Of a stretch of DNA of 48,309 bases, positions 36,093-46,264 are shown piece after piece. Source of the stretch: a virus (lineage: Duplodnaviria > Caudoviricetes); the IMG/VR virus record IMGVR_UViG_3300037462_000908, positions 1 to 48,309 of that record. The stretch is one strand, 5' to 3'. The translations under genes were made by a program, and so were the position numbers. Numbering within the stretch: position 1 is the stretch's first letter; every line of letters begins with the position of its first letter. The notes beneath the pieces were generated by a model, which was given only the letters and a program-made list of their open reading frames with translations, did not search any database and was not told where the DNA came from.

Positions 36093-36641
36093 ATGATTAA
36101 GAAGTTTGGTGATTGGAATAAAGTAGAAAGTTTAGTTCGCAACCTCGATACTATGCTGAAGAAAGCCAATCACCAAGCACTTCAAAAAATCACAAAAGAG
36201 GCAGAAAAAAGAGTAATAGACCATTTGGATAATCAGGATTTATCTTGGGAACCGCTCTCCGCTTCTTATAAAAATGACAAGGTTAGAAAAGGTTTATCAA
36301 ATGGTATACTGATAGCTAGCCAAGATTTCAGAAATGCAATTACAAGTATTATAACATCAGATACAGGCTTTGTAGGAATTCCAAAAGGCAAGAGAAATAG
36401 AGAAGGGGAGGAATTAGAAATCATTGCAGCAGTTCATGAGTTTGGTTCAGAGAAAAGAAATATCCCAAAAAGGCAACTTTGGGGACCAACATTAGAAGAA
36501 GTTTCGCTTTGGATAAGAAGTAATAATATTCCTGAGCAAGAAGTTGAAAAAGAATTCAAAAAAAGAGGATTAGAAGTAGGAAAGAGAGGGGGAGTATTTT
36601 ACCGAAACAGTCAAGGTAATAAAGTTTACGTCAAAAGATAA
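36093..36641 (+). CDS. Virion morphogenesis / neck protein
   Basis: WEPLS..Y...K, AAVHEFGS...IPKRQLW.P. Confidence 0.72.
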   Translation: MIKKFGDWNKVESLVRNLDTMLKKANHQALQKITKEAEKRVIDHLDNQDLSWEPLSASYKNDKVRKGLSNGILIASQDFRNAITSIITSDTGFVGIPKGKRNREGEELEIIAAVHEFGSEKRNIPKRQLWGPTLEEVSLWIRSNNIPEQEVEKEFKKRGLEVGKRGGVFYRNSQGNKVYVKR

Positions 36642-37267
36642 TGTTTTTCACACCAGCACAAATAGAGAGGGGAATTTTTGAGGCTATCAGATTAAAAGCT
36701 GTAGCAATGGGATTGTGGCCTGATGAAACAACAATGACAACAGCAGAAGAGCTAAAAACAGCATTAGATGCTATAAATACTCCAATAGAAATAATAGGTA
36801 TTGGGGACTACAGGGCAAGAGGGGAAAAACCTCTGAATTGTCTTTTAGTAGATTTTGATAGTGGAAATTCGGCAGAAGTTGGAGCAATAGGAGGCGTAAG
36901 ATATGAGCTTCAAACATCTGGCAATACATATAAAAAAATAGGATTACCCACACAATCTGAAAACTTGAATTTTCAAATCAGGGTAATAGCCGAAAATACA
37001 GCCGGCAGAAGGCTTGCAGAATTAATACTAAGAGCTTCATTAAGAAGAAAAACATACCTAAAAGGGGTAAAAGATAATGGGTCTTATACTGATAATGGAT
37101 TTTGGGTATTTGGAGGTAATTTCATAGACATCTCAAAAAACGAGTATGGAATTGAAAGAATGTTTACCTACACCGTTTCTAATGTGTTCTTAGAGCCTAC
37201 TGAGGACTTGGGAGAAGTTGCAGCAACCCAAGAAATCACAATTGATACTGAAATAAATCTCAACTAA
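36641..37267 (+). CDS. Putative tail terminator/completion protein
   Basis: Position immediately before the sheath gene. Confidence 0.5.
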   Translation: MFFTPAQIERGIFEAIRLKAVAMGLWPDETTMTTAEELKTALDAINTPIEIIGIGDYRARGEKPLNCLLVDFDSGNSAEVGAIGGVRYELQTSGNTYKKIGLPTQSENLNFQIRVIAENTAGRRLAELILRASLRRKTYLKGVKDNGSYTDNGFWVFGGNFIDISKNEYGIERMFTYTVSNVFLEPTEDLGEVAATQEITIDTEINLN

Positions 37268-37274
37268 TATAATT

Positions 37275-38813
37275 ATGGCATCACCATCAGCAAATACAAT
37301 CATTACAGATAGCTCTACACTTAATCCATCAGGCTTAAAAGGAGTTGCTTGTGTGCAAGGTATTACAACCAAGGGACCTATTGGGAAGTCTATTTTGATA
37401 AAAAACTGGAGAGAATTTCAACAGTATTTTGGTGGGTATCATCCAACAAGTTTATTCCCTCTCTATTGCCAAAGAGCATTGGATAAAGGGGCTAAATTGT
37501 ATGTCACGAGAGCAGCCCATTATGAGGATATTGATGATATAGAATCATGGACGGGTACACTTGCTTCAGTTTCTTTGGGTGGAAGTATTAATGCAAGAGC
37601 ATTATATCCTGGTGTGGGATATAATGGTATAACTGTTACGGTAGCTGATGGTGGCACCAGTTTATTTTGTACTATCACAGTAAAAGCTTCTGGCATGGAA
37701 GATCAGGTTCTTTTGAACGTAAAAAGAACTGTTACACAAACAGAATTAGATGCCATCAGTCAGCAATTTAAAGATAAGTATAGAGATAAAGCTCTTATAT
37801 CTTTCAAGGCTACTTTTGCAACTCCTACCACTACTGTGTCTTTTACAAATTCTGCAAATAATGCTCTTACTTCAGGTGCTCAGGATGTTTCAGAAATTGT
37901 TGCTGATGATTACAATGGTTCAAGCGTTGCAAAAAATGGTTGGTACGCTTTTGATGAAATAATTGATAGTGATGTAATCTATAATTTTGATGCTCCTATT
38001 CCAGAAGTAGATGCAGGCTTAGCAGCATACTGTATATCTAGGGCTGATATGCGTTTTGCTATTCGTCCTCCTGTTGGATTGAATGCAAATGGTTGGGAAG
38101 ATTATCGTATGGGTACAGGTGCTTACTCACATACTCCAATTGACACATGGCAAGGAAAATTGATTGCTGGGGATATTAAAGTTTATTACCAAGACATTGA
38201 AACTACAATTTCTGCTATTGCAGATGTGTGTGCTTTAGAAATGAAGAAAAGCTTCAAGTGGTTTTCTACTGCTGGTCCAAACAGAGGGAAACTAACCAGT
38301 GATGTAATTGGTACACCTTATAATTTATTGTCAGCAGCTCTCAAGGGAGATTATGATAATGTATATCCTAAAGGTGTAAATGCTGTAGGTAAACATGTCA
38401 GTTTCGGGATGGTGTTCTGGGGTAGTAGATCACTATTATTAGACCAAACAAAAGTCTTAAAATTTGATAACGTTGCTGATTTATCTCTGTACATCAAAAA
38501 AGAGCTAGATAAAATCGTTTCAAAATACACTTTTGAGCCAAATGACTTGATAATGATTGGACAAATCTATAATGAAGTCAAGCCATTTGTAGAGTCTTTG
38601 GAAACACAAAGAGCTATCCACCCTGGTAAATGGGAATGGATTGGAGACCAAAATGTATCTGATGTGGCTGATGTAGATTATAATACTCCTGAGGATATTC
38701 AAGAGGGTAAATACAAAGCAAAACTAAGATTTGCTCCAATTGTAGCAAATGAAATTATAGAGATAGAAGCATCTAATAGTGATTTAGGTTCATTTACTAC
38801 AACTATTCTATAA
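37275..38813 (+). CDS. Contractile tail sheath protein
   Basis: GITTKGPIG...WREF...FGG, ARALYPG..YN, AGPNRG, GVNAV, WGSRSL, FEPND. Confidence 0.92.
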   Translation: MASPSANTIITDSSTLNPSGLKGVACVQGITTKGPIGKSILIKNWREFQQYFGGYHPTSLFPLYCQRALDKGAKLYVTRAAHYEDIDDIESWTGTLASVSLGGSINARALYPGVGYNGITVTVADGGTSLFCTITVKASGMEDQVLLNVKRTVTQTELDAISQQFKDKYRDKALISFKATFATPTTTVSFTNSANNALTSGAQDVSEIVADDYNGSSVAKNGWYAFDEIIDSDVIYNFDAPIPEVDAGLAAYCISRADMRFAIRPPVGLNANGWEDYRMGTGAYSHTPIDTWQGKLIAGDIKVYYQDIETTISAIADVCALEMKKSFKWFSTAGPNRGKLTSDVIGTPYNLLSAALKGDYDNVYPKGVNAVGKHVSFGMVFWGSRSLLLDQTKVLKFDNVADLSLYIKKELDKIVSKYTFEPNDLIMIGQIYNEVKPFVESLETQRAIHPGKWEWIGDQNVSDVADVDYNTPEDIQEGKYKAKLRFAPIVANEIIEIEASNSDLGSFTTTIL

Positions 38814-38856
38814 TTTTTCTTCAATAAGTAAGGTAAAACTTTAAAATATCACAGAG

Positions 38857-39327
38857 ATGCAAGGTAATCCATTAAATACATTTCAATTCAAACTATTGAT
38901 ATTTGGATTGAATCCACTTTCTGAAATAGAAGTGCAAAAAGTAAAGACTCCTACCAAAGAGATTTCAGAAATAGAAGTTGGAGCAGGAACGGAAACTCTT
39001 AAATATCCGGGCAAGATTAAGGTAGGTGATTTGGAAATAGAAAAACTAAAGGTTAGTGTTGTGGGAGCTATTGACCCGATTTACCAATGGTTTAATGATG
39101 CTCAGAATTATGGATTTGGTTCAAAAAGTCCATTATCTTATAGAAAGCAAGGTCAGTTATGGCTATTAGCTGCTGACATGGTTACGAAATTACAGGTTTG
39201 GGAAATAAAAGAAATCTGGCCTAAAAAAATAGAAGGCTCTGATTTAGACCTCAAAGCAAATGAGTTGTATATTGATAAGGTTACATTTTCGGTGAGAAGA
39301 TTTGAGCCTGTCATTATAAACGCTTAA
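38857..39327 (+). CDS. Tail tube protein (T4 gp19-like)
   Basis: NPLNTFQFKL, KYPGKIKVGDL, WEIKEIWPKK...DLD. Confidence 0.88.
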   Translation: MQGNPLNTFQFKLLIFGLNPLSEIEVQKVKTPTKEISEIEVGAGTETLKYPGKIKVGDLEIEKLKVSVVGAIDPIYQWFNDAQNYGFGSKSPLSYRKQGQLWLLAADMVTKLQVWEIKEIWPKKIEGSDLDLKANELYIDKVTFSVRRFEPVIINA

Positions 39328-39376
39328 CTTAGCACCTTTGTAGCCCTAAAAGGTTATGAATAATTAAAATTGTCAC

Positions 39377-39408
39377 AAAAGGCTGTAGGTAATAACCACA
39401 GCCTTTTT
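39377..39408. terminator. Bidirectional terminator between tube and tape measure genes
   Basis: AAAAGGCTGT...ACAGCCTTTTT. Confidence 0.8.
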
Positions 39409-39411
39409 ATT

Positions 39412-41616
39412 TTATCCATCTCTTCTTCTTTGGTTGTTTTCATTTTTCTTATTGACAATTTTTGTGATTTCTTCATCTCCAAATACAAATGTGAATTTTT
39501 GTTCTTGTTGTTGTTGCTCTGGAGTATTGACAGTAACATTTGTATTGCCTCCTGCCATTTGTTGGGCTTTTTGTTTAGCCATTTGCTGAGCCATTTCATT
39601 GAGATTAAACATACCTCCCATTTGAGTAGTTTGCCCTTGTGGTGTTATGCCTGCAAACATTGCTCCTGCCATACCACTTCCTGCATTGGGACCAGTGCTA
39701 ATTCCTGCCGCCTCAAAAATCATATCCATACCAGGTATCTCTAAGATTTTAGAAAGAAACCATCCCTTAAATGATTCCCAAGCTCCCAAAATTCCATTTT
39801 TAATATTTTCTACCATCTCCATACCCCAATTCACAAACCTTGAGGGCAGAGCAAAAAACCATTCAGTAAATTGATTGAATTTGATAGCTAAGTAATTTGT
39901 AAATGATCCCCACAAATCGGAAACCCATTGTGTAATAGCTCCCCAATTCGTAAACGCCATGTAAACGCCATAAATCAAACCTATGATTAATAAGAAAGGC
40001 CATGTAGCAGCTATTACTGCTGATGCCAAAGCCCACATTTTAATAATCAAAGCCCCCACAGCAATCACCATAACCCCTGTTAAAAATCCTGCCAAAACTT
40101 GACCAGCTGCTCTCCATTCATTTATTGAAGAGGTTGTTTTATTCAGCCAAGGCACCCATTCAAAAATAACATTCAATAGTGGTCTGATAGCTGATTTAAT
40201 GACATTGAATACACTTGAAACAACATTGCCTATGGCTTTAAATATTGTGGCAAAGGCTGAGAACATTCCTGAAAACATTTCTTTTATCCTGATAATCCAA
40301 GTTGACAAATTGACAACTAAATCCAATATACCTAATTCAGCAAGCCTATTCTCCATCCCTCCCAAATTAAAGCTATTACCATCCCAAGAGTTCCATACTG
40401 TAATGAGACTTTGCACCACGCCTCCCAATCTTTGCATAAATAGCAATAACCCACTGCCTTTTGAAGCCGTTCCATTTGCATACTCATTAAAACTACTCAA
40501 TGCATTCTTAATGAGCATAAACACACCAAAAATAGCAACACCAATAGCTATGTAGGGTAAAAAAGGTATCATAGCCTGCCAAGCACTCAGAGCTAACATC
40601 TTCAATCCTCCTGTAAGACCATTGACAGCAAACGCATTGGCAATAGCTGTTTTACCCATACTCATGAAGGTATTGGATAGAGATAAAGACATAAACCTTG
40701 CCCCAGCCATTGTAATCGTGAGAGCTCCAAGAACTGTTAATAACAAACCTAAGCCCATAGTAGCCACAAACAACACTTTGCCAAGAGGTGTTTTAGCAAA
40801 CTCAGCAGCCGCTTGAGCAAAGTTAATGAAGAATCTAACACCTTGTTTCAAGTAAGGTAATAGGATATTTCCAAACTCCTGCTTTACAAAAGTTAAGTTA
40901 TCTTTAAAGGTAGATACTAAACCATTATAAGTTCCTGACTGAGCCTCCATCATATTATAGAATTTGCCACCCTCAGAGGTCATGTTTCTAAATGCCTCTT
41001 CTACTTGTGCAAAAGGTATTTTCAAGCCTCTTGTGCTTGTTAAATCTTTCACAGTTCTTCCTGTTACTCTCGATAACTCCTCCCAAATGGGGATACCTCT
41101 ATTTGCAAACTGACGAATATCTATAAGTCCTGCATAACCAGCAGTCCTAACAGTACCATACAAATATGATAATTGTCCCAAAGGGATATTCAAACCAGAA
41201 GCAACATCACCAAGCGTTCTCATGGTTGGGATAAGCTCCTGTTGAGCAAACCCATAAGCCAAGAGTTGTTTTGTGGCTCTCGTAATCTCTGGGGTTTCGT
41301 AGGGAGTAGCTGCTGCAAATGCTTGAATATCTTTAATCATAGCCCTTGCCTTCCCAGCATCCCCAAGCATCGTTCTGAATGCCATTTGTTGTTGCTCCAA
41401 TTCTGCTGCTGCTGTGATGGATGAGCCTGCACTAGATAGAAGGGTAGTACCTGCTCTCAGTAATGCAAATCCACTATTCATAGAGTTCATCATTATATCA
41501 AACTGCTTTTCTGCGTGCTTAGAAGAGCCTGTAAGATTAGAAAGTGAACGTTCTATTTGAGAAGCTTCAGCAGAAAACTGATTCTTTAACTCGAAAATAA
41601 GACCAAAACCCAACAT
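39412..41616 (-). CDS. Tape measure protein
   Basis: AFRTMLG...FAAATPY...LLAYGF...LGDVASG tape-measure domain; periodic W/F; TM segments. Confidence 0.92.
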   Translation of the reverse strand: MLGFGLIFELKNQFSAEASQIERSLSNLTGSSKHAEKQFDIMMNSMNSGFALLRAGTTLLSSAGSSITAAAELEQQQMAFRTMLGDAGKARAMIKDIQAFAAATPYETPEITRATKQLLAYGFAQQELIPTMRTLGDVASGLNIPLGQLSYLYGTVRTAGYAGLIDIRQFANRGIPIWEELSRVTGRTVKDLTSTRGLKIPFAQVEEAFRNMTSEGGKFYNMMEAQSGTYNGLVSTFKDNLTFVKQEFGNILLPYLKQGVRFFINFAQAAAEFAKTPLGKVLFVATMGLGLLLTVLGALTITMAGARFMSLSLSNTFMSMGKTAIANAFAVNGLTGGLKMLALSAWQAMIPFLPYIAIGVAIFGVFMLIKNALSSFNEYANGTASKGSGLLLFMQRLGGVVQSLITVWNSWDGNSFNLGGMENRLAELGILDLVVNLSTWIIRIKEMFSGMFSAFATIFKAIGNVVSSVFNVIKSAIRPLLNVIFEWVPWLNKTTSSINEWRAAGQVLAGFLTGVMVIAVGALIIKMWALASAVIAATWPFLLIIGLIYGVYMAFTNWGAITQWVSDLWGSFTNYLAIKFNQFTEWFFALPSRFVNWGMEMVENIKNGILGAWESFKGWFLSKILEIPGMDMIFEAAGISTGPNAGSGMAGAMFAGITPQGQTTQMGGMFNLNEMAQQMAKQKAQQMAGGNTNVTVNTPEQQQQEQKFTFVFGDEEITKIVNKKNENNQRRRDG

Positions 41617-41665
41617 AAATTTTATATTTCACTAAAAATATTATAAATTTACTAAAAATATTTTA

Positions 41666-42934
41666 ATGAAATCTCCTTTTTACGAAATATTCTTGGTTGT
41701 AGGTGAGCAGAATAAAAATATCACTGATTATGTAGAGAGCTTTGATTATGAAGACTGTCTCAATGAAGATGATATGCTGACTTTATCTATTAAATCAAAA
41801 TCATTTGATTTTTTAGAGAATAAAGATATTGTAGTGGGAGGAATCATTCTATTTCAATACGGCTACATTCAAGGGCTTACGTCTGCTCTTAGAAAAGCAA
41901 GAATTACAGATATTGATACAAATTATGGGGATATTGTGAGTGTTACAGTCAAGGCTTATGATTTAGGTACTGTGATGAAGAAAACAACTGAGCAAACTGT
42001 TTGGAAGAATAAAAAAGCATCAGATATAGCTACTGAAATAGCCAAAAAATATGGATTAAATCCAAAAGTAGAGGCAACTCAAAGGGTTTATCCATCATTA
42101 CCCCAAGGCAATAAAACAGACTTTCAATTTTTAAAATACTTAGCTTCAGTAGAAGAAAATGGTTCATATCGATTCTTCATTAAAGATGGAGATTTGATAT
42201 TTAATAAGTTGGATTTAAAGAAGGATGCTAAAAGACTTTATATTTATCGTGATAATTCCACTGGGGCATCTGTGATTAGCTTTAAACCATCTTTAAGAGA
42301 AAGTTCACAAAGTAGTAAAGCGAATGAATTAAAAACAGTGGGTTTTGACCCAACAAAACAAAAAACGGTTGCTTCAGTAGTAAATGATGCCACCTCAAAA
42401 GATGATATTAGGCTTGGCAATAGTAGCATTAATATGTATGATGCAAATGGGAATGTTTTGGCAGGCAATTTAAAAGATGGGACTAAAGTATTACAGGGAA
42501 AAGCTGTTGGGGGGCAAAACAGTTCAAATATTATTTCTACTCCTGAAATGTCTTTGGGAAGTGTTTCTGATATAGCCAATTCAAAGAAGAAAGCAAATAC
42601 TCAAAAAACATTAGTAGGAACACTCACAATAGAAGGAGACCCTACACTCAGTAGTGATGAAATCATTACAATGGGGGGTGTTGCTAAGATACATTCAGGC
42701 AATTGGTATATTGAGAAGATAAAGCATACTATTAATAGCAATGGCTACACAACAGTATTAGAACTATCTAAGAATGCAATCAATGCTAAGAATTCAGACA
42801 TTCAAAATAATACTGGTGGGGTTGTTTCTGGGCTTGGAAGTGGTGTTCAGAAGAATGATAGTGTTGGAGGACTTGTGGCAAGCAAAACAAAAGAAATACC
42901 TCGTTATGATGCAAATGGTAATCGATTAAACTAA
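41666..42934 (+). CDS. Baseplate hub, late control gpD-like protein
   Basis: SFDYED...DMLTL, ASDIATEIAKKYGL, Q.NKTDFQFL..LA, GDPTL, SGNWYIEKIKHTI. Confidence 0.88.
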   Translation: MKSPFYEIFLVVGEQNKNITDYVESFDYEDCLNEDDMLTLSIKSKSFDFLENKDIVVGGIILFQYGYIQGLTSALRKARITDIDTNYGDIVSVTVKAYDLGTVMKKTTEQTVWKNKKASDIATEIAKKYGLNPKVEATQRVYPSLPQGNKTDFQFLKYLASVEENGSYRFFIKDGDLIFNKLDLKKDAKRLYIYRDNSTGASVISFKPSLRESSQSSKANELKTVGFDPTKQKTVASVVNDATSKDDIRLGNSSINMYDANGNVLAGNLKDGTKVLQGKAVGGQNSSNIISTPEMSLGSVSDIANSKKKANTQKTLVGTLTIEGDPTLSSDEIITMGGVAKIHSGNWYIEKIKHTINSNGYTTVLELSKNAINAKNSDIQNNTGGVVSGLGSGVQKNDSVGGLVASKTKEIPRYDANGNRLN

Positions 42935-43248
42935 TGGAACTACATAAAGATAACCCTTATTCAGAAAATGGTAAAATAGTTGTTTTTGATGATGGAACAA
43001 CTGAATTAGATAGACCTCAGGTTTCTTTACCAAGCAATGTGCCTTTTTACTCCTACTTAGTAAAAGAAGGAGAATATTTGGATCAGATTTGCAAAAAATA
43101 TTATGATGGGAAAGCAGACTATCCAGAATGGTATAGTCTAATAGTAGCCGATATTAATAATATTGACTTACCATTAGACCAAAGTTCTTATGTAGGAAAA
43201 ACAATTAAGATTCCTTTTTTCCAATATCTTGAATTTTTAAATACTTAG
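42934..43248 (+). CDS. LysM-like baseplate protein (gpX-like)
   Basis: YLVKEGEYLDQICKKYY...IVADINNI...GKTIKIP. Confidence 0.8.
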   Translation: MELHKDNPYSENGKIVVFDDGTTELDRPQVSLPSNVPFYSYLVKEGEYLDQICKKYYDGKADYPEWYSLIVADINNIDLPLDQSSYVGKTIKIPFFQYLEFLNT

Positions 43249-43549
43249 TATATTTTTCTTGAGCCTGAAGAGCTTGAGGACTTCTGATAATTAGCTCCTT
43301 TTGCTCAAGTTTAGAGAGGTACATAAGTAATGAAATCTCAGTGATTCCAACATCTTTGGCAATCACTTTTTTTGCCTCCATACACCAACCTTTTACAGTT
43401 TTCTCTTGCGTTTGGTACTGATAAATGATATTCAAGATAGCAGCCTCATAGATATTTATCTCAAGCTCTTTCATGGCTTTGGTGCTAACTTGAATATCTA
43501 AAATTTCGTAAGATGCTTCTTTTACTGGTCTTCCTGCTTTTTTACCCAT
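43205..43549 (-). CDS. Winged-HTH protein (Rep N-terminal-like)
   Basis: GWCMEAKKVIAKDVGIT...LSKLEQKELI. Confidence 0.65.
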   Translation of the reverse strand: MGKKAGRPVKEASYEILDIQVSTKAMKELEINIYEAAILNIIYQYQTQEKTVKGWCMEAKKVIAKDVGITEISLLMYLSKLEQKELIIRSPQALQAQEKYTKYLKIQDIGKKES

Positions 43550-43624
43550 AATATTTTAAATATTAGTATTAGTATTTAGGCAAAAATATAAAAAAATAAT
43601 AATAATAAAATTTTTATATTAAAA

Positions 43625-44527
43625 TTATAAAGCAGAGAATGGAGGGATGTTGTCTATTGCTTCTAAAATAAGGCTTTTCTGAGTATCAAATTTTTTGCCT
43701 TTGAAGTGTTTTACTAGATACTCAATGAACTCTTTGAATACTCTGATTCTTGCATTATCAAGGGATATTACGAAAAAGTAGTTATTATCTATGTGGCATT
43801 TCTTCTGATATTTTTCTGCAAAAACAGCATACTTATCTGGCATATCAGCAATATCTACTTGCGTAATAGCTTTGAAGACCTTTTTACGTTCTTCTAATAA
43901 TATTTTCCACTTTGTTTCTACAGGTATTTCATAGAGATTATTATCTGTAATGTATTTAGATAGAGATGTTACTACATTTCTAGTATATAAGTTAGGTACA
44001 AAATATTCACACTCAATTTTGTCTTGGACACATTTAAGGCAATATTCGAACAATTCTTTGAGAAATTTTATTCTATTTTGTTCCCTTAAAATATCCTCCT
44101 GTTTTTCTTTTTCTTTTTCTTGTTCCTTCCAAAGTTTTTGAGTGACTTCTGATTTATATTTTTTGTACGAAGCAATAGCTTTGATAATACCAGGTATAGA
44201 TAAGAACTCCATCGTTGGAGTAACATCATTTTCAACATCTCCACAGATAGCAAGTTCTATTGCAGTTTCAACCTCCTTTGTAGTAAAATTATAGGCTTTT
44301 GATAATAGTTGAAGCTCTAAAGCTTCTTCAAAAAATTGTCTTTCTTGTGGATTTTGAAGCATTTTATTGTGACCTAAAAGCAGTAATGTTTTGCTTACAA
44401 GTTTATTAGAAAACATAGCCATTTCTGGCTTTGATAGCTCCTTTATGGTTTTTGCATCTGAAGCATGTACAATGCTTAGCTGAAATGGATTAAGCCCCGA
44501 TGTTTGTCGATATACTACCAGATTCAT
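43625..44527 (-). CDS. Putative helicase loader / replication accessory protein
   Basis: Directly downstream of the initiator; FTTKEVETAIELAICG motif. Confidence 0.45.
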   Translation of the reverse strand: MNLVVYRQTSGLNPFQLSIVHASDAKTIKELSKPEMAMFSNKLVSKTLLLLGHNKMLQNPQERQFFEEALELQLLSKAYNFTTKEVETAIELAICGDVENDVTPTMEFLSIPGIIKAIASYKKYKSEVTQKLWKEQEKEKEKQEDILREQNRIKFLKELFEYCLKCVQDKIECEYFVPNLYTRNVVTSLSKYITDNNLYEIPVETKWKILLEERKKVFKAITQVDIADMPDKYAVFAEKYQKKCHIDNNYFFVISLDNARIRVFKEFIEYLVKHFKGKKFDTQKSLILEAIDNIPPFSAL

Positions 44528-45239
44528 CTTGATTAATTTTTTTTAGTTTTTCCTGTAATACTTGATTCCCTACCATGAATGTATTTGAAATGCCTCCAGA
44601 ATTCTGATTCTGAAATAGTGTTGTTTTCATTTTTGGCTTACCATTATTCACATCTCCATCAATCCAAACCTTACAGGTTAGTAGCCAATTGCTCTTTTTA
44701 TATTTATTTGCTGTACTACCTTTAGGCCAGTCCATGAGCCTGCCATAATAATATTGTATATCGTATTGGGAATATGAAGGGTATTTTTCAATAAATTCTT
44801 TTTCAAAGAGAACATTATTATCATAATAAGGGGTATCCCTAAAGAGAATTTCATTATTTATCTTCTCTACCTTCTCTTTGACTTTTTTAGCTTTAGGCTC
44901 TGGTTTTGCAGTATCTTCTTGGATTTCTTCAACCACTACAGCATCATGAACTTTCACAAGCTCCCAAACAGTTATTTTAGTTGCGTATGGGAATGCCTCC
45001 AAATCTATGTATTTGATTTCTTGTAAATATTTCAAAAATCTATTTACATCTGTTTTACTCCAACGCCATTCTAATGCTAATTGTCCTAGTGTAAATGCAG
45101 CCTGAGAGTTATCACATTCTATAACATGATAACCAAACCTACTCGATTTACCACACTTAGAAAGCAAACTCAAAAGAGCCTCAGCTTTTGAGTATTTACC
45201 ATCTACTAAAGACAATATTTTATTTACATCTATTTCCAT
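44490..45239 (-). CDS. Putative replication initiator (lambda O-like)
   Basis: TLGQLALEWRWSKTDVNRFLKYLQ...TKITV wHTH; C-terminal KSNWLLTCKVW. Confidence 0.7.
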   Translation of the reverse strand: MEIDVNKILSLVDGKYSKAEALLSLLSKCGKSSRFGYHVIECDNSQAAFTLGQLALEWRWSKTDVNRFLKYLQEIKYIDLEAFPYATKITVWELVKVHDAVVVEEIQEDTAKPEPKAKKVKEKVEKINNEILFRDTPYYDNNVLFEKEFIEKYPSYSQYDIQYYYGRLMDWPKGSTANKYKKSNWLLTCKVWIDGDVNNGKPKMKTTLFQNQNSGGISNTFMVGNQVLQEKLKKINQDESGSISTNIGA

Positions 45240-45457
45240 TATTGGATAATGAATAATTTTTCTTTTAAAAATGTCTCAATTTTTTGCTTTGCATCAGGAA
45301 TTCCAAAGACTTTTCCGACGAAGAATACACAATTAGGAGCATCTTTTACGATTATAAAGGCTTCTAGTGACACATCTTCAGTATTTTCAATGATTGCAGC
45401 ATCAAAATAGTTGTTAATGCTGGCTTTTTGGCAGTCTCCATTTTGCTCAAATATCAT
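45239..45457 (-). CDS. Hypothetical protein
   Basis: 72-aa coupled ORF. Confidence 0.55.
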   Translation of the reverse strand: MIFEQNGDCQKASINNYFDAAIIENTEDVSLEAFIIVKDAPNCVFFVGKVFGIPDAKQKIETFLKEKLFIIQ

Positions 45458-45762
45458 ATGTGTATCGGTTTTAGCTTATCTTCCCAGTCTTTGGGTCTAT
45501 TAAAGTATCTGTAATTCAAATTTTTGTTATAAACCTGCTGTAAATCGTAGGAATTATATCCTTTATCATTATATTCCACAGCCATCATTTTTACAAGCCT
45601 CCTAAGTGTAGTATTACTGCACTGAAGGTATTTGCAGGCTTCTGCTGACTTCAAATAAGGTTTCTTTTGCAAGACTTTCTCTTGCATCTCCAGAATTTGC
45701 AAAAGCATACTCTCTAGTTTGGGGATTTTGGCAATGTATACTGCCATTTCGTCAAGAGTCAT
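45454..45762 (-). CDS. Excisionase-like HTH protein
   Basis: PYLKSAEACKYLQCSNTTLRRL. Confidence 0.65.
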   Translation of the reverse strand: MTLDEMAVYIAKIPKLESMLLQILEMQEKVLQKKPYLKSAEACKYLQCSNTTLRRLVKMMAVEYNDKGYNSYDLQQVYNKNLNYRYFNRPKDWEDKLKPIHI

Positions 45763-45843
45763 ATCTGTGTTTTTAGTAATTAATATTCTTTAATTGATTA
45801 ATTTATCTTAATCAATATTTCAAAAAAATTTATGATTTCTTAA

Positions 45844-46095
45844 TTAAATTTCTTGAGTTTGAAGTTCTTGTTGATATTCTTGGATAACTTTTTTAAAAAG
45901 TTCAAGAATTTTCCAATTCACACACCTGCCTTGCTTGACATTATAAATTAATGTCTTACAAACTGTATTATCTGTCTTAATAACCCTTTCAGCATAAAAA
46001 GGAGGCAGTTTTGGGGTTATTTTTTTTAATTCTTTAGCGAATTTTTCCATGTCCTCAGGCGAAGACACTTTATCTGTATTTTTTAAGATTGGCAT
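45844..46095 (-). CDS. Cro-like early regulator
   Basis: 83 aa, divergent from CI; LP...IYNVKQGR..NWKIL. Confidence 0.5.
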   Translation of the reverse strand: MPILKNTDKVSSPEDMEKFAKELKKITPKLPPFYAERVIKTDNTVCKTLIYNVKQGRCVNWKILELFKKVIQEYQQELQTQEI

Positions 46096-46264
46096 AATTT
46101 TTAACGCTATTGGAAAAATTAATCAAGAAAAGTTATCAAATTTCTATTCTTATTATTAATATTAGTATTCATACAGTAAATATAATTAAGATTTCTTTAA
46201 TAAAAAAATAAATAATTAAGATTTTTTAAAACACAATTACAAAACAACTAAAACTCAAACAATT
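46096..46264. promoter_or_regulatory. CI/Cro divergent control region
   Basis: Direct repeat ATAATTAAGATTT at ~46182 and ~46212. Confidence 0.5.

Noticed and set aside
39354-41424. Short ORFs overlapping the tape measure gene, and similar shadow ORFs elsewhere
   Set aside because: Antisense or alternate-frame shadows of well-supported genes, without motifs
1-43248. Extracellular contractile injection system / tailocin
   Set aside because: Capsid, portal, terminase, integrase and repressor are present, so it is a phage despite CIS-like tail genes
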